Below are positions 30,333 to 39,596 of a stretch of 64,000 nucleotides of DNA, piece after piece. How positions within the stretch are numbered: position 1 is the first letter of the stretch; the number at the start of each line of letters is the position of its first letter. Source of the stretch: an uncultured Vicinamibacteraceae bacterium (GTDB lineage: Bacteria; Acidobacteriota; Vicinamibacteria; Vicinamibacterales; UBA8438). The position numbers and the translations under genes were made by a program. The stretch spans positions 3,428-67,427 of the forward strand of contig CAZYFH010000011.1 in the NCBI GenBank assembly GCA_964646815.1, written 5' to 3'. The notes under the pieces are model-generated. The model was not told the DNA's origin, searched no databases, and saw only the letters and a program-made list of their open reading frames with translations.

Positions 30333-30345
30333 CAGCCTGGACCCA

Positions 30346-31707
30346 ATGCCAGTGACGGAGACGCGAGCGGCGACGCTCGATGCGTATGGCGCCGCGTTTG
30401 AACGCGTCCAGCGTGACGCCGGGGGGGCGACGCGGCTCACCGACCTGCGTCGCGCCGCATTTGACCGCTTTACGCAACTGGGTCTTCCGACCACGCGGCT
30501 CGAGCGGTGGCGCTTCACCAACGTTGCGCCGATCGCCGCCACGGCGTTCGGCCCGGCGGATCCGACCCCGGTTCCCCCCTCGGCGGTTTCCCCGTACCTC
30601 ACGAACGTCGACGGCGCCGCGCCAACCGTTGTATTCGTCAACGGCCGCTACGTCCCCGCGCTGTCCACAGCGGCCGACGGGTCGTCGGATGTTCGGGTCG
30701 AGAGCCTCGCGGACGCGCTCATGTCCGACGCGGCGGACGACACGGAGCGCCATCTCGCGTCCGTTGCAGGCTTCGACACCGAAGCATTCACCGCGCTCAA
30801 CACCGCCCTGCTACACGACGGGGCGGTGGTGCGCGTTCCTAACAACGTCGTCGTGGAATCGCCAATCCAGCTCCTGTTCCTGACCGCGCCCACGGCCGAC
30901 CGCACCCCGATCATGACGCACCCGCGCGTGCTGATCGTCGCTGGTGAAAACGCCCAGGCCAGGCTCGTCGAGAGCTACGCCGGAGTCGACGACGGCCCGT
31001 ATTTTACCAACGCGGTGACCGAGGTGATCGCCGGTGCACACGCCATCATCGATCACTACAAGCTGGTTCGCGAGCGTCTCGACGCCTTTCACATCGCTAG
31101 CATGCATCTTCGGCTCCACCGGGCCGCGAGTTTCTCGTCGCATGCGATCACACTCGGGGGCGGCCTGGTACGCAATGACGTCGAGGCCCATCTCGATGGA
31201 GAAGGCGTCGACTGCACGTTGAACGGGTTGTATCTCGCGAACGGCCGACGGCTGGTGGACAACCACACGACGATTCGTCACGCCAAGCCACACTGCTCCA
31301 GCCACGAGCTCTACAAGGGTATCGTCGACGATCAGGCGCGTGCTATTTTCAACGGCAAGATCATCGTCGAGATCGACGCGCAGAAAACCGACGCCAAGCA
31401 GACCAACAAGGCGCTGCTGCTGTCCGAAGATGCCCAGATCAACACCAAGCCGGAGCTGGAAATCTTCGCCGACGACGTCAAGTGCACCCACGGCGCGACT
31501 GTGGGCCAGCTCGATGCCGACGCGCTCTTCTACCTTCGCGCTCGGGGCCTGGGTCTCGTGCAGGCGCGCAATGTCCTGATCCACGCGTTTGCCAGCGACC
31601 TGCTGAGTCATGTCGGCGTCGCGCCGCTCCGCACGATGCTCGACGGCCTGCTCCTCGACCAGCTGCCGGGGTCGGGCGGAGGCACGTTCTATGAGCAGTC
31701 CGACTGA
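30346..31707 (+). CDS. sufD: Fe-S cluster assembly protein SufD
   Basis: The C-terminal beta-helix pattern (HSSHELYKGIVDDQARAIFNGKI...TKPELEIFADDVKCTHGATVG) is typical of SufD. A GTG at 30316 is an alternative start. Confidence 0.9.
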   Translation: MPVTETRAATLDAYGAAFERVQRDAGGATRLTDLRRAAFDRFTQLGLPTTRLERWRFTNVAPIAATAFGPADPTPVPPSAVSPYLTNVDGAAPTVVFVNGRYVPALSTAADGSSDVRVESLADALMSDAADDTERHLASVAGFDTEAFTALNTALLHDGAVVRVPNNVVVESPIQLLFLTAPTADRTPIMTHPRVLIVAGENAQARLVESYAGVDDGPYFTNAVTEVIAGAHAIIDHYKLVRERLDAFHIASMHLRLHRAASFSSHAITLGGGLVRNDVEAHLDGEGVDCTLNGLYLANGRRLVDNHTTIRHAKPHCSSHELYKGIVDDQARAIFNGKIIVEIDAQKTDAKQTNKALLLSEDAQINTKPELEIFADDVKCTHGATVGQLDADALFYLRARGLGLVQARNVLIHAFASDLLSHVGVAPLRTMLDGLLLDQLPGSGGGTFYEQSD

Positions 31708-32956
31708 CGCACCCGCGCCGCCCGCGGTGCCGGCCCCGCTCGACGTCGAGAGGATCAGGCGGGACTTCCCGATTCTTCGCCGGCTCGTCCGCGGGCATCC
31801 CCTCGTCTACCTCGATAGCGCCGCGACGACGCAGAAGCCACAAGCGGTACTCGACGTCATCGCGCAGTACTACGCCGACAGCAACGCGAACATCCACCGC
31901 GGCGTCCACGTGCTGAGCGAGGAAGCGACGCGCGCATACGATGCGGCGCGTGGAAAAGTGCAACGTTTCCTCAACGCCGCGGCCAGTCGGGAGATCATCT
32001 TCACGCGCAATTCCACCGAGAGCATCAATCTGGTGGCACAGAGCTTCGGGCGGCAGAACGTCGGGCGCGGCGACGAGATCGTCATCACGCACATGGAGCA
32101 CCACTCGAACATCGTGCCGTGGCAGCTGCTGTGCGAGCAGGTGGGCGCCCGGCTACGCGTCGCGCCGATCGACGATCGCGGCGAGTTGAGGCTCGACGAG
32201 CTCGAGCAGCTCATCGGCCCGCGCACGCGCTTCGTGTCGGTGGTCCATCTGTCCAACTCGCTCGGGACCATCAATCCCGTGCGCGACATTGTGCAGATGG
32301 CGCATCAGCGGAACGTGCCGGTCCTGATCGATGGTTCGCAGGCCGTCTACCACATGCCGGTGGACGTCCAGGCGATCGACTGCGACTTTTACGTCTGCAC
32401 CGGGCACAAGCTGTACGGCCCAACTGGGATCGGCGTGCTATATGGCCGTGAAGCGTGGCTCGAGCGGATGCCGCCCTATCAGGGGGGCGGCGACATGATT
32501 CGGTCGGTTACCTTCGACAAGACCACCTACGCCGACCTTCCGAACAAGTTCGAGGCCGGGACACCGCATATCGCCGGCGCGGTCGGTCTCGGCGCCGCCG
32601 TCGACTATGTGCAAGCGGTCGGGTTCGACCGTCTTGCCGCCCACGAAGCGGACCTGCTCGCCTACGGCACGGCGGCGCTCTCCGAAGTCAAAGGTCTGCG
32701 CCTGATCGGCACCGCGTCCCGGAAGGCGAGCATCCTGGCGTTCGTCATGACGGGCGCGCACCCGCACGACGTTGGCACCATCGTCGACACAGAAGGCGTG
32801 GCGATCCGCACGGGGCACCATTGCACGCAGCCGCTGATGGAGCGGTTCGGGGTGCCGGCGACCGCGCGCGCGTCAGTCGCCATGTACAACACACGCGCGG
32901 AGATCGACGCGCTGGTGCGCGCGCTGCAACGCGTGCGCGAGGTCTTCCCTGCATGA
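31691..32956 (+). CDS. sufS: cysteine desulfurase SufS (group II)
   Basis: DFPIL...YLDSAATTQKP, the PLP-binding region GHKLYGPTGIG and the active site RTGHHCTQP. The start overlaps the sufD stop. Confidence 0.9.
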   Translation: MSSPTDAPAPPAVPAPLDVERIRRDFPILRRLVRGHPLVYLDSAATTQKPQAVLDVIAQYYADSNANIHRGVHVLSEEATRAYDAARGKVQRFLNAAASREIIFTRNSTESINLVAQSFGRQNVGRGDEIVITHMEHHSNIVPWQLLCEQVGARLRVAPIDDRGELRLDELEQLIGPRTRFVSVVHLSNSLGTINPVRDIVQMAHQRNVPVLIDGSQAVYHMPVDVQAIDCDFYVCTGHKLYGPTGIGVLYGREAWLERMPPYQGGGDMIRSVTFDKTTYADLPNKFEAGTPHIAGAVGLGAAVDYVQAVGFDRLAAHEADLLAYGTAALSEVKGLRLIGTASRKASILAFVMTGAHPHDVGTIVDTEGVAIRTGHHCTQPLMERFGVPATARASVAMYNTRAEIDALVRALQRVREVFPA

Positions 32957-33402
32957 GTGAGCTTCGCGAGCTGTATCAAGAGGTCATCCTCGACCACAAC
33001 AGGCACCCGCACAACTTCGGCGAGCTCGGTGGCGCCGACCGCCACGCCGACGGATACAACCCGTTGTGCGGTGACAGGCTGGCGGTATACGTCAATCTCG
33101 ACGGTGAGGTCATCAGCGAGGTCAGCTTTCTCGGGTCCGGCTGTGCCATCTCGAAGGCCTCGGCATCGCTGATGACCGATGCGGTGAAGGGCAAGACGCT
33201 GAGCGAGGCCCGCGCGCTGTTCGAGCGTTTCCTGCGGCTGGTGACCGGCGACTCGGTCGTCACGGAATCCGAGACACTGGGCAAGCTGGCTGTATTTGCC
33301 GGCGTGCGCGAGTACCCGACGCGCGTCAAGTGCGCGAGCCTCGCATGGCACACGCTGCGGGCCGCGGTCGAGGACGTGCACGAGATCGTCAGCACGGAGT
33401 GA
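32953..33402 (+). CDS. sufU: SufU (NifU/IscU-like sulfur transfer protein)
   Basis: LYQEVILDHNRHPHNFG..NPLCGD...GSGCAISKASAS...RVKCASLAW. The start forms an ATGA overlap with the sufS stop. Confidence 0.9.
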   Translation: MSELRELYQEVILDHNRHPHNFGELGGADRHADGYNPLCGDRLAVYVNLDGEVISEVSFLGSGCAISKASASLMTDAVKGKTLSEARALFERFLRLVTGDSVVTESETLGKLAVFAGVREYPTRVKCASLAWHTLRAAVEDVHEIVSTE

Positions 33403-33405
33403 GCC

Positions 33406-33915
33406 ATGGGCATCTTCAATTTCAAGAACGCGCCGCCACCACCTCCGGACGCCGAACCGGCAGGGCCGGCTGACCTGTCTCCGGTCGCTCCGATCCCGCC
33501 CGCCGCTCCATCGTTCGACACGAGTGCGTTCGCCGGCGACCGCAGTTCGGAGGACGGCGCTCCCTCGTCCAAGGCTGGACCGCCGATCGAGTCCGACCCG
33601 CTCAAGACGCTCGAGCTCAAGCCGAAGATCGTAGAGCAGCTTTCGACCGTCTTCGATCCGGAGATCCCCGTCAACATTTACGAGCTCGGTCTCATCTACG
33701 ACGTCGCCGTCGATAAAGACGGGTTGGCCGTAATCCAGATGACGCTGACCGCGCCGGGGTGCCCGGCAGCCGTCACGCTCCCCGCCGAGGTGCAGGGCAA
33801 GGTGAAGGCGATCGACGGCGTGAGCGACGCACGAGTCGACCTCGTATGGGAGCCGCCCTGGGACAAGGATCGAATGTCCGAGGCAGCGAAGCTGCAGCTC
33901 GGGATTTTCGACTGA
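33406..33915 (+). CDS. sufT: DUF59-domain Fe-S assembly protein (SufT-like) with Pro/Ala-rich N-terminal extension
   Basis: The DUF59 core reads VFDPEIPVNIYELGLIYDV...MTLTAPGCPAA. Confidence 0.8.
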   Translation: MGIFNFKNAPPPPPDAEPAGPADLSPVAPIPPAAPSFDTSAFAGDRSSEDGAPSSKAGPPIESDPLKTLELKPKIVEQLSTVFDPEIPVNIYELGLIYDVAVDKDGLAVIQMTLTAPGCPAAVTLPAEVQGKVKAIDGVSDARVDLVWEPPWDKDRMSEAAKLQLGIFD

Positions 33916-33933
33916 GGGCGAAGACTGTTCCGC

Positions 33934-34377
33934 CTACGCGCTAACCTCGTCGGCCGCGACGAGCTTGTTTCGACCCGACTGTTTGGCATCACCGAGTGCG
34001 CGATTTTCCGCGGCGACCACCTCGAGCTCTTCCCAGTTCGAATCGACGGTCGGTGTTGCGCTCGCGACGCCAACGCTGACGATCAGCCGGTTCGCGATCG
34101 GGGAGTCCGAATGTTCGATGTCGAGGCCCTCGATCGCGGCGCGGATCTTGTGCGCGACGCGGTAAGCGCCTTGCGCTAGGACGACGACGCTGATGGCGAC
34201 GAAAGCACCCATGAACGTACATTCTCGCACACCGGTGCTGCCCCCCTGGCCAGTGAGTGGCCGCCACTCCGTCAAGCCGAGCATCGCGTGCTTGTCGTTG
34301 CAGCTGAAGGAGATAGCAACCGCGGCACCTGTCGATCGGTGATCTGGTAGCGCTACGAACCTGGCGGATCTGCGCAC
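33934..34377 (-). pseudogene. truncated or degenerate GGDEF-domain protein
   Basis: The C-terminal half matches the GGDEF fold (AHKIRAAIE...IVSVGVAS...AAENRALGDAKQSGRNK). The signature position reads MGAF rather than GGDEF, and the N-terminal half of the domain is unrecognisable. Confidence 0.4.
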
Positions 34378-34443
34378 GGCTCCTCGGCCGCCGATCGCGG
34401 CCCTGCGAGGATGTGACGCCCACCTCCGTGATACTCATGGATC

Positions 34444-35376
34444 ATGGCTGAGCGTGTCCGTGTGTTCGCCCCCGCCACGGCGTCGAACCTCGGGCCCGGA
34501 TTCGACGTGCTCGGTTTGGCGCTCACGCGGCCGGGTGACGTGGTGGAGGCAGAGCGACGCACGCAACCCGGCGTTGAGATCGCCGAGGTCACCGGTGGGT
34601 CCTCGCTGACCACCAATCCGGAGACCAATGTCGTCGGCATCGCCGCGACCGCGGCGCTCCAGCGCCTTGGGATCTCCGATGTTGGCGTGCGACTTCGGCT
34701 GCACAAACAGATGCCGCTGGGGAGCGGCCTCGGGAGCTCGGCCGCCAGCAGCGTCGGTGGTGCCGTCGCGGTCAACGAATTGTTCGGCAAGCGGTTGACC
34801 ACGCACGCCATCGTCGAGTGCGCGCTGCGCGGCGAGGCGGCCGTTTCTGGCACCGCCCACGCCGACAACGTCGCCCCGGGGGTACTCGGCGGGATCGTCC
34901 TGATCCGCGCCGTGGATCCGCTAGACCTCGTCGAGTTGCCCGTGCCGGCCGACCTGCGCGTCGTCGTGGTGCACCCGCACTGCGAGGTGCACACGGCGCA
35001 CGCGCGGCAACGGGTCGCCGATCAACGGTTCACGATCGGGCAGGTGGTCGCCAACCTCGGAAACGTCGCGGCGCTGGTCAGTGCGCTGTACCGGGGTGAC
35101 CTCCCGCTGTTCGGGCGCAGCATTTCCGATGCGCTCGTCGAACCAATTCGCGCACCGCTCGTGCCCGGCTTCCGAGGGGTGCAGGCGGAGGCGATCAATG
35201 CCGGCGCGCTTGGCTGTTCGATCTCGGGGTCCGGGCCGAGCGTGTTCGCCTTCGCCGACTCGGATGACGCGGCGACGGCGGTGGCGGACGCGATGCAAGC
35301 CGCGTTCGGTAACGTGGGCCTCGACAGCGACCGCTACATCGGCCGGGTCGAGACCCGCGGCGCCCGTCTGGTCTGA
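34444..35376 (+). CDS. thrB: homoserine kinase
   Basis: VFAPATASNLGPGFDVLGLAL and the GHMP kinase motif PLGSGLGSSAASSV. Confidence 0.9.
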   Translation: MAERVRVFAPATASNLGPGFDVLGLALTRPGDVVEAERRTQPGVEIAEVTGGSSLTTNPETNVVGIAATAALQRLGISDVGVRLRLHKQMPLGSGLGSSAASSVGGAVAVNELFGKRLTTHAIVECALRGEAAVSGTAHADNVAPGVLGGIVLIRAVDPLDLVELPVPADLRVVVVHPHCEVHTAHARQRVADQRFTIGQVVANLGNVAALVSALYRGDLPLFGRSISDALVEPIRAPLVPGFRGVQAEAINAGALGCSISGSGPSVFAFADSDDAATAVADAMQAAFGNVGLDSDRYIGRVETRGARLV

Positions 35377-35450
35377 GTTTAGACGGAGCTTCGCCCCGAA
35401 CCCCCGCTGGCTACGCGTCCTTCGGCGCCGCTCGGGACAGGAAAGTCCCG

Positions 35451-36011
35451 CTATTCACCGCTGAACACGGGAGCCGATGCCGCCGGCGGGGTGACCGGCG
35501 CTTCGTCCACCGGCATGATGAACCACGCGAGGAGGTAGGCGAGCACTCCGCAGATGACCATGCCAGGGAAGATCGACAGGATGACCCCGAGCAGCCGGGT
35601 GGCGGTTGGGTCAACGCCGAAGTACTTGGCGATCCCTCCGCAGACGCCGGCCAGCTTCGCATCTGTCGAGGAGCGCTGCAGCCGGCGCCTGGGGACTCGG
35701 GCGGCTCCGACGTCAACAGAGCCGGGTTCCGCGTCGGGGACGATCAGCCACGCCACGAGGTAGGCGAGCACGCCAAGAAAGATTGTCCCGGGAACGACGG
35801 TCAGCACGACCCAGGCCGCGCGCACGACCACCGGGTCGACCGTGAGGTGCCGGGCGATCCCACCGCAGACACCGGCGAGCTGTCGGTCGACCTGCGAGCG
35901 GCGCAAGGGGGCTCGTTGCGCACCCTGTGGCGCCGCCGGTTGCTGGCTGGCGCCGCAGAAGTGGCAGAACGCCGCACCCTCGACGATCTCACGCCCGCAG
36001 CGGACACACAC
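35451..36011 (-). CDS. zinc-ribbon plus tandem PspC-domain membrane protein
   Basis: CVRCGREIVEGAAFCHFCG is followed by two PspC repeats (LAGVCGGIA..L.VDP..VR...V). I start it at the GTG at 36011 because the 26 upstream codons of the track ORF are low in GC3. Confidence 0.75.
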   Translation of the reverse strand: MCVRCGREIVEGAAFCHFCGASQQPAAPQGAQRAPLRRSQVDRQLAGVCGGIARHLTVDPVVVRAAWVVLTVVPGTIFLGVLAYLVAWLIVPDAEPGSVDVGAARVPRRRLQRSSTDAKLAGVCGGIAKYFGVDPTATRLLGVILSIFPGMVICGVLAYLLAWFIMPVDEAPVTPPAASAPVFSGE

Positions 36012-36100
36012 TATTAGGTTCTTTTCCAAGGCTGAATACCTTACTTGAATACGGAAACCGGTGCTCCTCGATTCCGCTGATCGCGGCATTCGTCAGCGCA

Positions 36101-36154
36101 CCGTAGCGCAGGCCTTCAGGCCTGCGGGCCAGGCTGAAGCTTGGCGCTTCGAAT
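36101..36154. repeat. REP-like intergenic element, copy A
   Basis: CGTAGCGCAGGCCTTCA is followed by the hairpin GCAGGCC-TTCA-GGCCTGC, then TGCGGGC and TTCGAA. It shares these blocks with copy B at 48583-48654. Confidence 0.55.
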
Positions 36155-36177
36155 GGCCACACAACTGAGTTCCGGGG

Positions 36178-37859
36178 CTAGTCCCGCCGCCAGCCGGTGA
36201 GGACGTGAAGCGTCTCGACACGCCCGGCTGGCTGAAGCATCACGAATCGCGAGCCGTCGAGATCCACGTCATACGCGGGGAGGACGGCACTGGCGTCGGC
36301 GACGAACGCACCGTCGAACAGGTGCCGGGGCGCGCTGAAATACGGCGGGCGCTCCCGCACGGCGACCGCGTGCAGCGCGCGACCACGCCGATAGAACAGC
36401 TCGGTGCCGTCTCGGCTCCACACCGGCTCGGTCCCACCATTCGGTGACACGCGGCGGGGACCATCGTCGCGTGCGGTGTCTACGCCACGCACATAGATCT
36501 GGTCGCCCTCCGCCTCCTGGCCGTCCGACACGTAGGCCAGCCATCGACCGGACGGGCCAAACGCAGGCGCCCGTTCGTTGGCTGCGGTCGCGACGAGCGC
36601 CACAGGCCCGGCGTCGTCGCCTTTGGTCCAGGTCCAGATGTCGCGGCCCCGCGCCGGGTGGACTCGTGAAACCCGAGCGTGCGGCCGTCGGGTGACCACG
36701 ATCCGGGGGTGCGCGCATCTCCCGCGACGAGCGTCTCCAGTGCGCTCGCACCGACGGCAACTGGCTGACGGAAGATCCGCTGCGGTCCGTATCGGCTCGA
36801 CGCAAAGCTCACCGCCGTCCCGTCCGGCGACCAGATGGGAGAGTGGTTGTCGCCCGCCTGCACGGTGAGCTGCCTGCGTTCCCCCGAAGCGACGTCGACG
36901 GACCAGATATCGCGGCGGAGGAACTCGGCGCGGATCGACATGGTGATGCGAGTGCCGTCGGGCGAGATCCTGGGCGTCGCGTGCGGCGCGGCGACGGAGT
37001 CGGTTGGCGTGGCGACCCCGTGGCGGTCTACCCACACGAGCCGATTGTTCGCGCCCGGTTCAAGCAGCGGCATGAAGACGAGGGTCCCGTCGCGGGCGGC
37101 GGCGAGGCCAGACCGGCCGAGTCCCCCGTAGCCGGTGGCGCTGCTGGCCGTGCCCTTCACGACGGGTCGCGGCGACCGCGCGGTCGCGGGATCCGCAGGG
37201 TCGAGCGTGGTCGAGAATACTTCGCCGCGGCGAATGAAGAGGACGCGCCCCGACTCGAGATAGTGTCCACCTCCATCGGCAAGCGAGAGCGGGTGCTGCT
37301 CGCCGGTCTCGAGGTCGAGGAGGGTCAGCCGGGGGTCGCGGCCGTTGCGGCCAGCGGTGAAGATCACGTATCGCCCGTCGACGTAGTACGGCCAGCCATG
37401 CGCGGTCTCGCCTGCGTCGCGATCGGGTGTCGTGATCGGCACGGGGGTGCCCCCCGTGGCGGCGACGCGGCACACGGTGACCGGAGCAGTCGCTGCGCCG
37501 GTTGACGCCAGTGTGACCGTCTTGAGGAACCCGCCGACGAAGAACGCGATCGCGGCGCCATCCGGTGAGAAGAACGGTTGGGTCGCACCATCCGTGCCCG
37601 GCAGCGGCAGCGTGTCGAAGCGATCGAGTGGTCGCACGAACAGCCGAGTGCGGCCGTCCATCACCGCGGTGTAGGCCAGCCGGGTCGCGTCCGGAGAGAC
37701 GGCTACATCGAGCGCGGCATGGCCGTGCGGTAGATCGATCGGGAGCGCGCGCCTCGGCGGCGAGGAGCTGGGTGGTGGCGGTGTCCGCAGGACGAGCGTG
37801 GCGACCGCACCAGCACTTGCTGCGGCGACCAACGCGACCAGCGCCGTTCGCGTGCGCAT
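36178..37859 (-). pseudogene. TolB-like / WD40-like beta-propeller protein, reading frame broken near 36672
   Basis: The 459-aa ORF carries repeated SPDG motifs (FSPDGAAIAF, ISPDGTRI, WSPDGTAVSF, WSPDGRTLGF) and then drifts into Arg-rich nonsense. The -1 frame continues ...RVHPARGRDIWTWTKGDDAGP...GPSGRWLAYVSD...WSRDGTELFY to the stop at 36178. Confidence 0.6.
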
Positions 37860-37865
37860 GCCAGG

Positions 37866-38852
37866 CTAGCCTGCCGCGTATCGCTCCTGTGCGCGGCGCA
37901 GGTCGGTCGCGATGCGACGCGTCAGCGACGCCGGCGAGCGCACGCGCACGGCAGGCCCGAAGCTCAGGATCCAGCTGCGCAACGCGCCGTCGTCGCAGAC
38001 GTCGATCGTCATCACGACGGACCCGTCGGGTACGGGAGAGAGAGTCTGTGAGGGGTGCCACACGCGTTCCCGCACATAGGGCGCGGCCTCCGCCGTGAAC
38101 TCGAGCACGACATGCTTCGGGTCGCCCTGGTGAATCCCGAGCGAGTGCGGGAACGCGGCATCGGTCAGATCCTCGATCGGCAGGAACGTCTCGTTGAGCG
38201 GCGTGAGCTGCCGGATACGCTCGACGGCGAACGTCCGGACCTGCTGGTACTGCGCCACATACGCGAACAGATAGAGACCACCCTGCGCGTACACCAGACG
38301 ATAGGGGTCGAGGCGATACTGCTTCTCGCGGCGGCTCGACAACGAGTGATAGCGTGCGTCCACGCGGCGTTGGTGCAGGATGGCATCGAGCAGCCGGCCG
38401 ATGGTGGCGCGCTGGCGCCCCTCGTCGCGCGCCCGCACCGGTTCTCGCTTGGCCTGGATCACCGCCGGCAGGCGGTCGAGAAACTGCCGCGTGCGCGGCC
38501 CTAGTGCCGTCTTGAGCTTCTGGAACGCGCCCCGCAAGTCATGGGCAAAAGGGGTTCCCGCCAGGCACTCGACGAGTGTGCGACTGAAGTAGAGGGCGGA
38601 CAACTCGGCCAGCGTGAACGCGGTCTCGTCGAGTCGCCGGAATGGCCGCGCTTCGAGCTTCCAGATCTTCGCGCCGTCGGCTGGCTCGTCGTAGAGCGGG
38701 AACCCCGCGTCCTGCAGCGCGTTGAGGTCTCGCCGGATCGTGCGGGTGGTCACGCCTGTCGAGTCCGCCAGGTGCCGGATCGTGGTACCGCGGGAGGACT
38801 CGATCTCGCGCAGGATGCTCCACTGTCGAATCACCTCGGCATTGCGCGGCAT
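37866..38852 (-). CDS. HTH-WYL-domain transcriptional regulator (YafY / PafBC / BrxR-like)
   Basis: 328 aa with the N-terminal wHTH TIRHLADSTGVTTRTIRRDLNALQDAGFPL and the WYL-domain core YRLDPYRLVYAQGGLYLFAYV. Confidence 0.85.
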   Translation of the reverse strand: MPRNAEVIRQWSILREIESSRGTTIRHLADSTGVTTRTIRRDLNALQDAGFPLYDEPADGAKIWKLEARPFRRLDETAFTLAELSALYFSRTLVECLAGTPFAHDLRGAFQKLKTALGPRTRQFLDRLPAVIQAKREPVRARDEGRQRATIGRLLDAILHQRRVDARYHSLSSRREKQYRLDPYRLVYAQGGLYLFAYVAQYQQVRTFAVERIRQLTPLNETFLPIEDLTDAAFPHSLGIHQGDPKHVVLEFTAEAAPYVRERVWHPSQTLSPVPDGSVVMTIDVCDDGALRSWILSFGPAVRVRSPASLTRRIATDLRRAQERYAAG

Positions 38853-38952
38853 GGCAGCGGTGGAACCTCGAACCGACGTCTTCCCGTCCCAATAATAGAG
38901 GGTCCGCGATGGGTATGACCTACCCTGTCACACCTCGGGCTTAGGGTGAGTC

Positions 38953-39387
38953 ATGGCTCACTACCAGGAGGCAACGGCTCGACAACTGGGGTTCCCCTAC
39001 GACGGTCCAGGTCCAGGACTGCCAGCGGAGGCAGCCCCTAATGCACCGCCGCGTCCCCGTCCCGGCCCGCGCCCGCTGTGCGCCGTCTGCGGTCGGGTCC
39101 CCGCGCATCTGACGATCGGCCGGGACCGTAAGCAGCTGCCGGCCCGGTTGTGCCTCCGGTGTCATCACGCGGTGATGCGGCAGCGGCGTATGCTCCGCGC
39201 GAAGCTCAGGGACAATGACAAGTACACCCCGCCCGTCATCACGGACCGCGTCGGGGCCACCGGCCTCATTGTCCCGCGCCAGAGCGGTCTCAGCGGCGAT
39301 CGCAAGTACCGACGACTGGCGCAGTCGCGGGGTCGCGCTCAGAAAGCGGCCCGACATGCTCTAGAGGAACCCGATCCAGGCTCGTAG
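38953..39387 (+). CDS. small hypothetical protein with CxxC...CxxC pair
   Basis: 144 aa with CAVCGRVP...CLRCHH, a basic C-terminus and moderately high GC3. It is divergent from the WYL regulator and upstream of addB. Confidence 0.4.
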   Translation: MAHYQEATARQLGFPYDGPGPGLPAEAAPNAPPRPRPGPRPLCAVCGRVPAHLTIGRDRKQLPARLCLRCHHAVMRQRRMLRAKLRDNDKYTPPVITDRVGATGLIVPRQSGLSGDRKYRRLAQSRGRAQKAARHALEEPDPGS

Positions 39388-39596
39388 TGTCCTGTCTCGG
39401 GTAAATCAAGAGCGCTCACCGGGCGGGGCATCCCGCGCTGGCCGGCGTTGGACCCTGCGTCAGCGCCGTCACATACGGCGTGTCTGCTCCTTCGTCGCGC
39501 CTTGTCAGCCGGGCGCCGCGCGCCAGTGACCACTACCGATTCACCCGGTCCAGACTAGGCGGCGCTCTACCGGCCCGTGCTACGATCCGGTGACTG

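Noticed and set aside
33916-34443. The GGDEF-like ORF considered as a functional diguanylate cyclase.
   Set aside because: The signature motif position reads MGAF, the upstream half of the domain is unrecognisable, and no sensor or N-terminal domain is present. I therefore annotated it as degenerate or truncated.
36660-36690. Programmed -1 ribosomal frameshift at GGGTTTC in the TolB-like gene.
   Set aside because: In the zero frame the heptamer is read GGG TTT C rather than X XXY YYZ. A tandem -1 slip would therefore re-pair on CGG GTT with first-position mismatches. No downstream pseudoknot is evident. A simple indel or sequencing error is more likely.
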